Assembly (NCBI GenBank): GCA_964199315.1 | Contig: OZ116701.1 | Coordinates: forward strand, 32,302,001-32,366,000 | Reading direction: 5' to 3' | DNA: 64,000 nucleotides | Origin: Orbicella franksi | Taxonomy: Eukaryota | Shown: positions 1 to 14,449 of the stretch, piece after piece | Layout: the number at the start of each line of letters is the position of its first letter | Position numbering within the stretch: position 1 is the stretch's first letter | The notes under the pieces: generated by a model | What the model was told of the DNA's origin: nothing | The model's database searches: none | The model's input: only the letters and a program-made list of their open reading frames with translations | Made by a program: the position numbers and the translations under genes

Positions 1-3000
1 TGGGGTTAAAAACATAAAGAGAAAGAGCAGACGCTGGTTTTTCACATTGTTCCAGATTCGTGTGTTTTTATGATTGTACTCGTAAAGTCACATGGATACC
101 TAAAACACACAAAAAGATGGTAGAATTTTGGTGATCCTAAACATAATAGTGCCCACACAGTTATTGTTGTAGAGTTGCTGTTTATAATCAAATTAATCTT
201 TGGCCACTTGTAGAGTTTAAGTGTAAAACAATTCTTGTTTATGGTTTTTTTCGTCATGTTCTGACAGTTCCCCGGATTGGCGTAAGAAAATATTGAGTTT
301 TTGGAGGAAAAGGAGTGGTTTTGTATCCTAAATAATGAAAAATGTTCGTCTACTTTCTTTCAAAAACAAAAGGAACAATCTGCTCTAGCTATCACCAGTT
401 AACTTGCAGTGGTGTTGTACCTTAGCACATGTTGTAGACGCCAGTCAATAATTTGTTAAATTGATGACTTATGTATTTTTGACATTGGCAACTATCATAA
501 ATGTTTGCCTAAACTGGAAAGTTCCACAGTCTTCCTTTCCGAGGGGGTTTAAATGGTTCTGGACAGGGTCATTTACATGTTAGTTGCAAACAGAAACAAC
601 TTTAGTCTAAGGGTTATCAGTTCCATTAACAAGGATCCCCACCTTAGAGTTCTGTTGTAGGTAAGGGATGCACAAAGTTAAGATCGAAGGCATGTCAAGA
701 GACCCATGTGAGATCGAATGTGACAGCGTCTCTGTTCACAATTCTGATCTTTTTGCCAAACTGTGAAAATTCATGCACTATTCTAGGTTTTTATTCAGGA
801 ATTCTAAAATCAGACATTAGGAATTAAGTATATAAATTAGGCTTTTCAAGCTGATGAATTTTTAAACTCTGTTTAAATAAAGATAAAATAAGTAAATAAT
901 TAATAAATAATAAATAGTTAACATTTAATAAATTATATTAATATTATTAATATTTATGTAAGAGCCAGGTTGCGACATCTTTTTAAAGGTCAATCATCAT
1001 CATCATCGTTACCATCATGACCATTACTGGATCACCCGCCACTAACTCATCTGTGAAGCGTCCCTTGTTTGTTTTCTTCATCAGCAAAAAATGCACAAAA
1101 GAGCTTACTATTGTTTGTTGTCACAATGTTATTGTCATCGATATCAATTCTTTTTTTCCTTCCAATTTTTTTGTTCATAAACTTAAATTCTGATTATTGG
1201 CAGGAACAAAATACTTTTTTTAACTATCTTCTTAGATGTTTCTCTTGTGTTTGCCTTTGTACTTTCACCCTTGTAAAATAAAGTGCTACTATTCACCACC
1301 ACAGCAGAACTCTGTTAATGTGGGGTGGCTCAAGACAGTTTCCAGCACTTTCCAACACTTAGATTTACATGGGTCATCGTAACCGCTTTTTATTGTTACC
1401 ATAGCAACAGAGTGACCTGCTAAAACACCCTTAATTATAGCTTTAAGTACTTATATTTCAAAAATGGCATGGTGATACCCCGTTATATTGTTGAATTTTG
1501 ATTGGCTGGATAAGATGAAACTTTAAGCAAAGTTTAAAAAAAATTCTGTACATGGGGTTTAGAGCTACCTTAAATTTTCAAAAATTTGGTGAGTGGTTAA
1601 AATGGCCCATTGAAATCCAAGTCTTAGATAATGCTTAAAATTGTTTTCCAGCCATCTTAAACCAATATTGAGCTATAAAACTGTGGCCATTTTAATGTAG
1701 TCCTGACCATATTAAAAGAGTTCTTAAAATAAAAGGAGCATTTTCTCTGGTCCAAAAAGTGGCTGAAATCTTTGGGTGTTTTTAGTAAAGTAGGGTTCCG
1801 CTACAATCAAAATGGTGGATCTGTTACTCTCTCCTGAATCAAGTGGACTCTTTCCAAAGTGATCACTGTCGGTATGACTCAATTAAATGCCGAGTCCATG
1901 GCTGCCATTAATAAATTCTTTTGTTAGTGTTAAAATTAGGCTTACTTATTTACCAACCTTGTTTTTAAGTTGACAATTCAACAGAAATTTTAGTCTCACA
2001 TTAGGTTAGTGAGGCTAATTTAAATGTGTACAAAAGAATATCAGAATCGACAGCCATTTATGAAAAGGATCTATACTAGTTTAATTTATTTTGTTTCCTG
2101 GAGATGTCATAAGACCACATCAAACAGCCTCACCTAAGTGACATTGGTGAATCCAGCTCTGTGTTCAATATTTTTGTGAAATTTTCCCGTTTGTGCATTG
2201 AACTTTAAGTGTTGATGATCACAGATGAGGTGGGTGGTAAAAAATTATGTTGCCATGCTTAGTGAACATCAGGTTGCAGATAAATACTAGGCTAAATTGT
2301 TTAATCAAGAAAATATGGCATAACTATTATCATAATGTACAGCTCTGTGACAGTCGGGAATACAATAGGAAATTATTTGCTTTTAATAAAATGGAAGTGC
2401 AAATAATCTTTCATTTATAGGATTAGCAAGTTGTGGCTATAACAGCAGGAAATATTGAATGTGCACCCCCTTTGAGATTTTTGACAGCAGTGCTATTTTT
2501 AAGATCTGTGTAATATCTACTTACAAATAACTTAATTTGCATGCAAGATTTTACATAAATTTCTTGTCTCATTTTTTGAAGACTGAATAGCCTTTTTTAT
2601 GTAAAGGAAAAATAATTTAAAGCCATTACTTTGTCTGGTTCAGACAAAGGAAGCATTTTAATACGAAATGTGCCACTGTGAATATCCACAAGACAGTGTC
2701 TTCATATTCAGAGATAAATGCAATTTTCCACCTTGAATTTCCCTTACAGTAAATGAAAGAGATGGTAAGAGCAGGTCAATATGGCAGCAGCCATCTATGT
2801 AGGCCATTCATTGGGAAAGAACTCTAATTTCAGTTTGGCCAAGAGTAAACATCTTGATTGTTTGATGTCTGGTTTTCAGACAAAAAGATAATAATGGCAC
2901 AAGGAGTGAGATTATTCATTTATGCACAGTCTGGTTGCAAATCTTTTGTTTCTTGCATTCTAAATGTCTGGCTGTTTATTTTTTGCCTCGTCAAATGTCA

Positions 3001-4332
3001 GTCTCTGTATTTTTTTTTTCTTTTGAGCAAAGACATTTGTTTTTGTTCCGAGCCATGTGGCTAATCTGGCTCTTAATTGTGTTTTTGTCAATGGATGTGT
3101 AAATATTTGAATTGAGCACATGGGAAAAGTGCTTTCCTTTTCATCTGCAAGAACTTTGCTGTTTGTCTGTTTGATTGGGAGAGTTGCGTGCCGTCATGAA
3201 ATAAGCAAGACTAATGAGCAAGAAAAAAATGAGCAAGATTTTAATAACATTTCAGTTTATAAGGAGTTATAGGCTGAAAATAATAACCAACATCATTTGA
3301 CTATTGTTAATTAATACCCTTAGATATTTTGATCAGGGATCAAAGTACAGTTTCTCATTACAGTATCACTACATTGTGAAGCAGCCAGGTAACGAGAAGA
3401 CAGATGAATAAATTAACATCCACCTGCGATGTTGTCTGGACCTGCAACCAAATATCTTAAAACTGATATTAGTAACAAGTTTAACCTGAATCGATTAAAG
3501 TAAACACAGAATGGTCAGAAAATACTGGGGAACTGAATGTGCAGATGTTATTGCAAGACATTCTAATCTGAAGTCTTGTCGATGCTAGCTAGGTACATGT
3601 AATGAACAATAGTGTAGTTTCCAAGAGGAAAGAAAACAACAGCTGTGAAAACTGACTGATGTTACTTGGGGCTCTCAAGAGCTTTTCTGATCAGGTGGCT
3701 AAAGATAAGTGTATGTAACAGGCTGCTATGTAAGACAAGCTGTGCAAACAAAGCGAAACCCTTCTTGTATTTCAAGTCAGGGGAGGCAAGTGGAGAGCTG
3801 CCAACCTGTTGCCATTTACTGGAACCATGATTATTTTATTGGTGACAATTTTTTTTAACATTTCATGATGAAATTTCATCTGAAGGAGACTCGTGAAATG
3901 AGTAGATACTGATGGAGAAATACAGTACTGTATGTGCAAAGGTCAATCTGAGTGATAAAAATTACTTAGACTCTTAGGGTCCGAGTTTTAGTGAGGTGGT
4001 TAATTGTGAAGAGGATTTGTCAGTAGGATTCATCAAATAGAAAAACATTTTAATAATTCCCTTGCCAATGTTATTACTAATTTGATAAAAAAAGGTTCAA
4101 GTTATGCAAATGCAAAACAGATAGATAATTTTATAATGGCGAGCCTGAAAACACTATATGGTAACCTTGACTTGTCTTGTGTCCTCAAGAAATCTGTCAG
4201 TTAGTGCTTAGGAGAACCTCTACTTTTTTACCTTGGCTTTCTGTGGGTTAATTTATGTTTACTACATACAGCTGTGCTGATTAATTAGCAAGAGGATTTC
4301 TTGAAATGTTTCTTTTTTAAATCTGTTTCTAG

Positions 4333-7300
4333 AGTTTTTAGGTGGTTTGATACGTGAGAGTAAAGACTTTGCAGTCAAACAGCTGCTGATGCACCTGCCA
4401 CTCCTAAATCCACGCAACGATGAGGCAAGATTTGAATATCTTCAGTTGCTTCCCAAAATACTTCATCACACCGTTGAGCATTCTGTCCACCAAGAGGAAT
4501 GCCGTCAGCTCTTATCTTTAGCCGTGGTGCATCCTGCCTTCCCACCTGAGGAAAGGAATACTCTTCATCGTTGGTTGAGCCAACTCGATAAGAGCCTTGG
4601 TGTACAAGAGAGGCTCCAAGCGACCAATTCATTCATAACTGAAAATTCCGATGTTTTACCCAACACCGGCTGTGAGAACCTTGTAAGACAGAACTATATG
4701 CGGAGCAGGATGAATGGCTGGCGCAACCAGCAGCTTGTTCATGTAGACTCTGGAATTGGCGGCTCATTTGAATCGCCACCAATGCAATCCCACCTTTCTG
4801 TTTCATCCAATTTGCGGAAGAGCCGATCAAACTCGCTGACCCCTCCACCACCTATTGAAATCCAAGACTCTATTTTGGAGGATTACTCTGAAAATTGTGA
4901 GGTTGAAATCCGTCCGGGCAGGTCCCAGTCGTTTCCAGTGGATCCTCACAGATTAAATCATTCACTTTCACCACAGTCATCATTAGAAAGTGAACTTGAT
5001 GAAAATGGATGCAGACAGAGAGGCAGTAGCTTCAATGAAGATGCACGGCCAGGGATGAAAGGTACAGTGTAACCATCAGAGAATAGTGCTGTTTTTAATA
5101 AGCGATTGCAGCCACTGCAGTGGTAGGTTTGAGTATACCAATTGAAAGAGCTGAGCTGTGTCCTAAGCTTAACCTGCCAACTCATTTCTGCACACTTTTG
5201 TCACTAATTGTATCATCAAATAGTGGTTATAGCACCATCCCCCGCAGTTAGGGACTCCTCAGTTTGCAAACAAAAGTAATGTTCTTGTTAAGCCCCCCAG
5301 ATTAGAAGCCCTTCTCCATCCTCTTTTCCATATTAACACACTGACGTTGTCTCGGAACACTGCACTTTGTACACATGTAAATGAAGAATGGAATAAGTTT
5401 CCAGGCAAATGTGAATAATAGCTTTTAATTTTAGAGTCGTTCTTGGATCATTTCTTGTCAGCTCATTTCTAGTTTTTTGTGCTGCTCCTCCCTCAGCCTC
5501 CCCCAATAAAAGCTTCCCAAGTAGCCTCCCCAAACTCCCTTATAAAGTCACTTAGCCCATTTTACTGTACAGTTTTACAGTGAACTGTGTTCTTCCTTGT
5601 AGCTTTCACCCACATTTTAATTTGCACATTCTCATTCCTTGGCTGAAACAGGTTTTACAGGGCTTCATCATGTGAATAGTTTTTCTTTCTTTGTTTTATT
5701 TTTAGTTGTAACGAAAATGTGTGCTGTTTTTAAAAGAAAGACATCTGGAATATAATGCAGTGAAAGCCTAGCTCGCAATGAGAAATGACACTCAAAGCCC
5801 TAGTGTGAACAGGGCAGCCTACAACCACAAAGGACTTGAGAGCGTCTCAAGCTTAGTTTGCAATGCATGCTAACTTAGCTAAAGTAACCATAGATGCTGC
5901 AATTCCAAATTATTGGACCATCTGTGTTCTTACAAGCAATGACAAGTGTAGTATGCGCTTTAATTTGAGTCTGCAACTGATGGCTCTTTTGTTTTCTAGA
6001 GGTGGGGTCCTGGTTAAAAAATCTAAGATTGCACAAGTATGGCAGTCTGTTTTCTCAACTCTCTTATGAGGAGATGCTTGGCTTAAATGAAGAGTACTTG
6101 GAAAGCAAGGTGTGTAAACAGTAGGTCACGGCAGAGTGCCCTTATATCTACAGCTTATCTTAGTTCTCCTTAGTATTATGGTGACCAAGTCCAATGAATG
6201 TCTTTGGCTTTCAACATTTTGGTACATTTTGTAGCTATCCTAAAAGACAAGAACACCAAACAAATTAACTATTGTGATATCCTCGTCAAATTTTTCTAAA
6301 AGATATTTTATGATTATTTAATAACGGGTTCTTAAAATTCCTTTTTCTCACAGGGTGTAACCAAAGGTGCAAGGAACAAGATTTTGTTAAGTGTTAAGAA
6401 GCTTTCGGAAAGACCAGAATTGTTGTCCCGTCTAGAAAAGGTGAGATACCCAAGTATACAGTTAACATCTAAAAATCTTTAACCAGGCCCATGATTGTTA
6501 GGGACCTAAAGTGTACATTTCTGGTGATTTGTACCTTTTGTCTATGGGATGGTATTACCAAACCTTAAATTTAAAAACTAAAACAACAACAATAGTAAAA
6601 ATACTGATTTGGTCAAGAACCATTTTCTTAATAAAAGTCATCTGACTTAATCTTGCCCTTAGGTTATGCAATATTATTTTACACCTCAAAAATGCTGCAT
6701 ATATTCAGGATGGAAGGAAAGTACAAGAGGTGGGGGGATGCTTACACAAGACAACTTAATTTTTCTTCAGTTCATACCTTTGCCCTTTTCATTCCAGGAA
6801 GTACTTCAGCCTGGCAAACTTCAAGGAGTTTTAACTGGGCTGAGAGAAATAATAATTACGCCGATAAAGCCATTCAGCCCTCCTCCTTCTGAGACCACTC
6901 AAGGTGCCCCATATACGCAGACTCTGACTACAGAACAGCCTCCAACCAGTGTTCCACCGCACCCTGATGACTTGGCTTCACGAATTACAAGAGTTTTGGG
7001 TAAAGGTGAGTGAAGTTATATCATGTGTTTTGCACTTCCTTTACAAATTAAGCCAAAAACTTGCCGATTGAAGAACTCTTAACTGTAGATGTTAAGTTGT
7101 CTTTTTGGTAAGTCATGGCCTTTTTGTGGCAGCTGAAACCTGGAAGCTGGTGATTAACTGCATAGCATTCCCCCAGCTGGGGGACTCCCATGTAGGGGTG
7201 CTTGTCGTGCCTTTTAGGGGTTAAAAAAGCAGTTTTGGTACCTCTAAGGGTCCTAAGCCTCAAAAGGTCAGGAGCTTTTGCATTACCTTCTAGGGCATTG

Positions 7301-10050
7301 AGCTGAATAAAATATGATAGGAGTTGTTTTAGAATTGGTACCTCTAAGGGATGGAAAAAATTTCAAGCCATGCCCACAAAACAGGATCTTGTTACCTCTT
7401 AGGGGTTCTTTTCAGAATCTTCGATAAACGTCCCTGTCCATTTTATAGGGTGGTCCCCCTGGGTTAGACCTGGATGGTGAAATGCAATCTGAGATGGGTA
7501 ACTTGTCCAAGAACACCGCACAGTATAAACTTGGTCAGGGTTTGAATCCAAACTGCTTGATCCAGAGTGCATTCCACTAATTACTGTATGGTATCTGTTT
7601 AAATATTTTAGCTTGCACTCAGATCCTCGTGTCAAGAGCAGATGAGGAACACTGTAATGCTTACCTTCAACTGCTGGACAGAGTTCTTACGCTTGAGGTA
7701 AGGTTGTTGCAGAGCTTTTGTCGTACTCACAAGCAAGCTGCTCCCAAATTTCAATGCTAAAATATCACAGAGAAAGATTCACTGCAAGTTTTGTCTACAA
7801 GCGTGCGAAATTTCTGGAGGGTTTTTATTGAAGAATACTCCAACATCTCACTACCAACCTAGAAGTGATATGTTTTTCAGTGGCATTTACTGATCAGAGT
7901 TTATTTTTTGTAGTCATGTAGTTCCATGTGGCAGAGCATTCTTGCACACCTTCTTCCATGTAGCTTACTGACCAGGTATTCAACTGGAAGAGAAAAGCAT
8001 AATGTTAGAAGCCTGGCTTACACAGATAAGAAAATAACATGGAAAGGTCTTAACTCGGTTACAACCCTGGCCAAAACTCCTTAGGCCAGAATGCCAATAT
8101 AATGATATATTCTTTAGCAAAATGTTCCACCTTCTCCTCCTTCCCTTGTTACCCCCATTCCCCCCCCCCCCCCCCCACGGTAATGTTAGACTGTTGCCTT
8201 ACCTTTGGATGGATCAATATTACTTTGTGGGGGTAGGCAGTGTGAGGTAAAGATGGCAAAAAGATAGAGTGTCGCAAGACATTTGGCCTGGATTGAAGTT
8301 ATGATGTCTTATTGAAACAAGCTGCTAAGATTTTGATTTTATTATGATATTGACAGGCCTTTACACAGACTCAAAAAGGAAGAATTCAGTCATGGAAGCA
8401 AGAATGCCAGAGACTGGTCAGACAAAGGCGCCCATCTCATGAGAACCGGGCAAGAGGGTGAGAGCCTTGCATAATGGTATCTTACTACTGTAAGTCTTGT
8501 AATAAAACTATTAATTTGATTTGTTACTTATTTCAGGTGGTACAACATGGGCCATAATTCAGGGGACTCCATAGGAGGGAGCACAGGGCCTCCTGCTGGT
8601 TCAGGGGTCATAAATAAGCGTCACAGGGGCTCACCTCGCAATCCTGCTAAGAATCCTGCTGGTCAGCTTCGAAGCAACAGTGCGGAGACACAAATGCACT
8701 CTAACAAACCAAGACTGGTATGTTGTTTTCATTTTTGGGTTCACTTGTCATCTCTTGCTAAAGCAGACACTGCAAGGCTGTGGTCTAAGAAAAATTACGA
8801 GGAGCCCAAACGTTCCTAACCATGAAATCCTCAGTGCCCAGCACTTAAGCATATATGGAAAAAGTAAGTTTTTGAAGTTACCCAAAGGTAAAAGTTAGTT
8901 GCCTGGAGCACCCGGGTGCTTCTAGAACACGGCCTTGCACTTGCATAGTGTGGTCAGCTGATTTTACCTTGAGCGTGTCACCACACGCAGGTTGTATTGT
9001 GGCTGGAATTGTCCATTTTGGAATCTGGTAGTTTTTTGAAATGTAGCCAAGTGATAACATCAAGTATTAATTTGCCTTGTAGGTGAGGTCTCATGCTGTG
9101 GTGGGAAGAACAAATTCACTTCCCGTCAAACCAACACAACAGACAAGCATCGTTCTTCCACAGCAGCGTATGTAGAAGCTATTGATTTCCTAATTATAGC
9201 TAGGTAACTCTGGAAGTCAATACTAAAAGACAAAGGAACAGTCACTAGGAGTCAATGTTTGCAAAAAACAAACCTTAGGATTCAATCTGTTTCACCAGTA
9301 AAGACGTTGTCTGACCTTTCAGGCTTCTATAACTTACTTTACACAGCTGAGTGAAAGTCTATCTTGAAAACAAGTGTTGTTCTCAGCTGAAAACTAAACT
9401 AAACGTGGTATTCTGAGTGGTAAATTAAAAAGTGGAATGTACAGTATGATGCAAGTAGAATATTAGAATAGGGGTTGCCTACTGGAAAAGGTGTCAGTGG
9501 TCATTATCAAAAATTGTTCACTAAGGGGGTGTTAAATAGACAGGGTGGGGTGGGCACCAGATCAGCGTTTTCTCATTTGACACTCCACGAGTCTTATGCT
9601 GGCATTTTTCTTTGGTAATAGTGTAATATTTCAGAAAGCCCTGCCGTATTGTTACTAAATAACCGATTTTATATTTTAGATTCAGCTGATCTTGAGAACA
9701 TTGACGATGGTCTAGAGTCTCTCTGTCTCAGTGTTACAGAGCATGCTCTTTCTGGTGAGTAGCTCACTTTCCAGTCTTTAATATTAAGCAGTATACGCTT
9801 TTTGTGAGGAACCTGTTTTTTGCCATCTTTCTTTCCTGGATCATTTCAAGAAATATTCTTAGTCGCTTTATGCTACAGAAAGGGGGATAAGCTCCAGCCT
9901 GATAGGCCACTTGGCTTGTATGCAGACTTAATGTTAAAAGTTAGGTTTTAGTATTAAAGCTGAATTAATTATTGCATCAATAGTAGATGTGATTATTCTG
10001 TTTTCTTTATTTTTTCAGATTCTACAGATCGCTCATTTAATTATAAATAG
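4333..10050 (+). CDS. SAMD4: Smaug/SAMD4 family SAM-domain RNA-binding translational repressor, 5'-partial (first coding exon not in window)
   Basis: Exons 4333-5061, 6000-6109, 6354-6440, 6798-7005, 7612-7697, 8357-8457, 8537-8717, 9083-9167, 9680-9754, 10019-10050, all GT-AG with matching phases. Translation contains [15 protein letters not shown] (N-terminal Smaug region), SAM domain [24 protein letters not shown]-like [13 protein letters not shown], and C-terminal RTNSLP and [13 protein letters not shown], recognisable from vertebrate SAMD4A/B. Confidence 0.95.
7170..7463 (+). mobile_element. MITE family A copy 1 (SAMD4 intron)
   Basis: Core blocks ccttttaggggttaaaaa, ggtacctctaaggg, cctcaaaaggtc, tttcaagcca.gcccacaaaa recur at 24.7, 27.2, 29.8 and 62.9 kb; degenerate CCC..GGG ends. 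Confidence 0.8.
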
Positions 10051-11159
10051 CATTTCACAAGCAGAGAAGATGTAACGTAAGAAAAACAGATGCCTTAAAA
10101 ATGCATGTGGTAACAATCGTTATTTGATGATGGTGGAACCAGCTATCCTTTAGCAAACACTTTGTAGTCAAATGGAAGACTGCAGTATTAATATACAAAC
10201 AGATGTAAGCCTTGATTATTTCATCTTTAATATTAAACCTCGTAGAGGTTAAATGATGTTAAAGGAAGTGGCATTCATATCATAGCTGCTTATTGACGGT
10301 AAACAGCCTCTAAGTTGTGGATGTAAAATATATGTAATATTGTTCCAATAATTGTTATCTTAATACTAGTGGTCATTTTGACTCTTTTGTTTTTTCAATT
10401 CTGTTGCAAGAGTACTCTTGGTACAGTATGTAGCCATTCTGGGTGTCAAAGTTTTGTTTTCAGTGTAGTGGTCTTAATTTTCCCATCAAATAGCACTCAA
10501 GCTCGCTGCGTCTGCAAATTTGGCTGTGCTTCATAACCTGGCTTTTTTGTCCATAATACAGCTTCAAGTTTTGCATTAATTTATTTTTAAGTGCTTTTTT
10601 TTGTCTCCAAAGTTATAGTTAAAAGCTTAATTCAGTATTGTTAGTTACTATTCAGAATAAGTTTGACGTGTTATTCTTTTTTTTTTGTTACACTTGTACA
10701 TAGTTCAGCAACACCAAACACCCTGCAACTGTTTTGTGTTGTTCTTTAGTTTGGTTTGTGTTATTTAAAGACGTGAGCACTGGCTGTGGTCAGAATATTT
10801 TCATACCCGTGACATTTGTTTTTCTAACAGTTTCCTAACATGTTTGTTTGTTTGTTTGTTTTTTTGGTTGTAAATAAACTGTTGACCTGAATGGAGAATT
10901 CAGGAAGGCAGTATAAAATAATGGGTTCTTGTATTAGTAGCATTGGAAAGGGTTCTTAAGGCTTACTCATGCTTCAGTTATGACTTCAAAAACTGTGATC
11001 AATGGTAAGGAATTTTGCAGAAAGTTCATTGTTTAGTCTCAACCTGTACTGCACCACTGTCATGGTAATTTCTTTGTTAAGACAGTACAACTTTGTTGTT
11101 TGCATTTTGCACTCTGTGCTTCTCATGACATTCTAGAATTTCAGGCACACCCTTCCTTA

Positions 11160-11246
11160 AGGACTCGTACTGTAATGTGGACTCCTCCGTAGTACAGACA
11201 CTCAACTCCCTCCCTCTGGCGTCTGTACCATAGAGGTTTGACTGTA
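11160..11246. mobile_element. Tc1/mariner-pogo-like MITE remnant
   Basis: Ends gaggtttgactg|ta (CAGTCAAACCTC terminus plus TA). Confidence 0.5.
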
Positions 11247-14200
11247 CAACATTTATTGAGCATTTTGACTGTTTGAGATACATCGTAATGATTGTCAAGG
11301 GTTTTGAAACACAATTTCTGCAAAATCTCTCAACATTTGTCATGCTGTATAAGAGAATCACAAGCAACTTGTATGGTTGATGTACATGTAAAAATCTCTG
11401 TAAGCTTGTTACTTGTGCCAAAGTTTTCCTGTGAAAAATCAGTCCTTACTTGCAGCACTGTTTCAAACTGCCTGTGACATTTACTTGCAGTGTTACAAGA
11501 TAATTGTGTTTGCTTCTGTCCTTTCACTCTCTAATATTAAAAGCCAGTGGAATGCAGTTAGCATTTTAAATTTGAAGAAATTTCTTAATCTTGCAAAAAT
11601 AAACTAGTTATTAAACAACTCTTTTTGTATTAAATTTGATGGGACATATATATTTGATAACTGCAATTTTAATACGGATCCGATAAACAATTTATTACTC
11701 AGCGAATCTTTGTTTTACTAGTTACTACAAAGTTTGTTTTAATCTAGAGCACTGTAGACAATAATGTCCTCAATAATCTTGTTTTAGAATTATAATATTA
11801 TTTTCCTGGTTGTCTTTATTTCCACCACAGATTTTGCTATTTTCTTGTCATAGAGCATTTAATGGTCCTTCACTGTAAAGACTGTAACAGCTTGAAACAT
11901 TTTGTTTTAATTTTAATTTTTTTTGATTTTGCCAGTGCACGATTTACAAAAAGAAAGCTTCAAATGATAGATCACCTCTCTGCTGCTTTGACATTGACTA
12001 TTTTTATCCCAATATTAAAAAATATAAGGGGAAACAGCTGTTTCTATAAACTGATTGTTCAAAATTTTTAAGTATAAATTATGTGCATTTAGATGTAGCA
12101 ATGTATGAATCAAGCTTCTTAAACTTAAAAAATCCTTTCATTTTATTTGCCATATTTGAATTGAGCATCCTTGAATTGTTAACTGGTAAAGAAATGAAAA
12201 ATGTTGACAGTTCTTAAATTTTGTTTAATCCAATCTTTTTTGCAACTACTGTAATGGGGCTACTCAACTTAGACAATAAACAGAATGGAGAATTTCGACT
12301 AGATTCAGTAAGGTGAAATATTGTTGTTGTTGTTGTTTTTTTCACCGAATGCTGTTTGCCGCAAGGCAAAAAAAACAAAGTTGGAGTTCTTTCCTTCCAG
12401 TCAGCGAGTTTGTTTGGTTTTAGTTGTCTAAGTGGCCCTGGTAGGTGCATTGTTAAAGTCCTTAAATTTTTATTTGTTAACTGGAAAAGAACTTCAAATT
12501 TTTGCTAGACACAGCCATGTATCATTAATTTTGACCAGACAATGTGTCATATTCACATTATTGTATAGAATGGTTGTCATATATCAACACAAAATGCTAC
12601 TACTACTACTTAAATATGTTTTAAGTGATGAAAAATGTTTGAAACAGCATTTCATCCTAGTTTGACTTTGTGATAAAAAGGCACAATAATTGCTTCCATA
12701 TGATGGTATTTAAGAGATCTAAAGACCAAAAATGCTGGCATTATAAGAATAGTCAAATGCAGGTCATACATGAAACAATAATGCAAGATTTATATAAATA
12801 ACAGAGTTTATTCTGAATTGACCTGGAGAATAATTCAAAGTGTATTCAATTTATTGCCTTGGTACAAATAGTATTTCCATCCACAGTTAACTGCACTTAA
12901 GAATTTTCACAAAGAAAGTTGTGTCAAGATGCATTAAAGACCTTTGCAGCACCAATCGGGACTTTACAGTTGAGTTCAGCCATGTGTAAGCTTTGTGAGA
13001 ACAAGAAGGCATGCTATAAAATGAATAATACGCCACCTATCAGCCAATGACAATGTCTCTTTGAAACTTGTCGTTTTTATGTAGTCTCTGAAACCAGTTT
13101 TGTTTTTGTGTTCCTACTCCTTACAGGGGTTGGACTTTGGCCTTATAAATGAAATCATTTAAGTAATTTTGTTACCTCTTCACTTTTGTGGAAAACTAAA
13201 GAGTTTCTCAAAGTTTTTTTGCTGATGATTTAATGTAAATCATCAGATGTAAGAAAGAGGAAAATTATTTTGAGGGGACATTGAGTGAAATTTAGGCTGG
13301 TTAGCTTTTCTTTGTTGTTGACTGATAAATGAGTTTGGAAAATGTATTCTATGTTAAGCCTTCTTGTTGAGTGTGAAATAGAAAGTATTTTGAAGAAGTT
13401 GTTAATAAATATTGGGTTACAGCCCTAGTTTAACTTAATGTACGTTGTTATAAAGTCCCTAATGACTACTGTTATGTACATCAACTTAATGCCAATATTA
13501 TATTATTTATAGAATGGTTAAAGTACAACGAGTTAGATTATTTTCAAGATTGAGGTGTAACAAGAGATAGCATAGGCCTGATGCAGAATTCTAAGACCAT
13601 GTTATGTTGACAACTTGCTGTGCGAGTCTGTAGTTGACATTTTCTAGAATTGCATTCAGGAACTCTGTATCCTTGGTGCTTCTCGTATGTTTTGGAAGTG
13701 AATTCAATTTGCTTTAAGCAAACTCCTACTGTTGGAACAAGTTATTTTCTGCTACATTGTTGGAAATGTTGTCAACACTGAAAATTGTGCAAGATATTAT
13801 AAAGCACTTATGCATTGGAGCTCATGAGTTTTCATACCCATCAGAGTTGCACCATCATATATCTTATGTCACACTGTTGTTTATTTTAATGGAAATGACT
13901 GCTCCAATCTTTGTTGAAACACTGCTAACAGTTCTTTTTTTCTGTATTTAATTTAAAAACAAATTTCGACCTTGTGCTTCATTTTAGACAATTTCATGAC
14001 AAAACTTGTTCCAACACTGGTGGTTTACCTTTAAGTGACGTTACAAAACTTAGTTTAAGTACTGCTTGTGACCCCATGGGTTGTAGTTTTAATATTATAA
14101 GAGGTACATGCTGTAAGTGAGTTGTTCACGGACAGTTCTTGTTGAAAACGTTCTTTGTAAGACGAGTTTGGAGTTAGTGTTCAAGTGGAGTTCACTTAGA

Positions 14201-14449
14201 AAGTGCAGAGCTGTGGAACATAAAAATGAATAATATACAGTACATAGAGTTAGAAGTTTTTTCTTTTTCTTGCAGCAACTGCAATAAACTGTTGTTAAAT
14301 TGAAACTGTTGTAGAATTGATGACCTGAGTGAAATTTCAACTATATAAAATTTCTTAATGCACATCAGAGGGCATAAACATAATGACTTGACATGCACAG
14401 ATTAAAAATATTACTAGTGCCCTGCAGACGTATTGTGGTTTGTGCGCAT

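Noticed and set aside
1-4300. Short ORFs in the track (42-257, 1069-1281, 2858-3064) and a search for SAMD4 exon 1 (MFRDQV-like)
   Set aside because: Low-complexity, Phe/Leu-rich translations with no motifs; no exon-1-like peptide seen, so this is read as intron.
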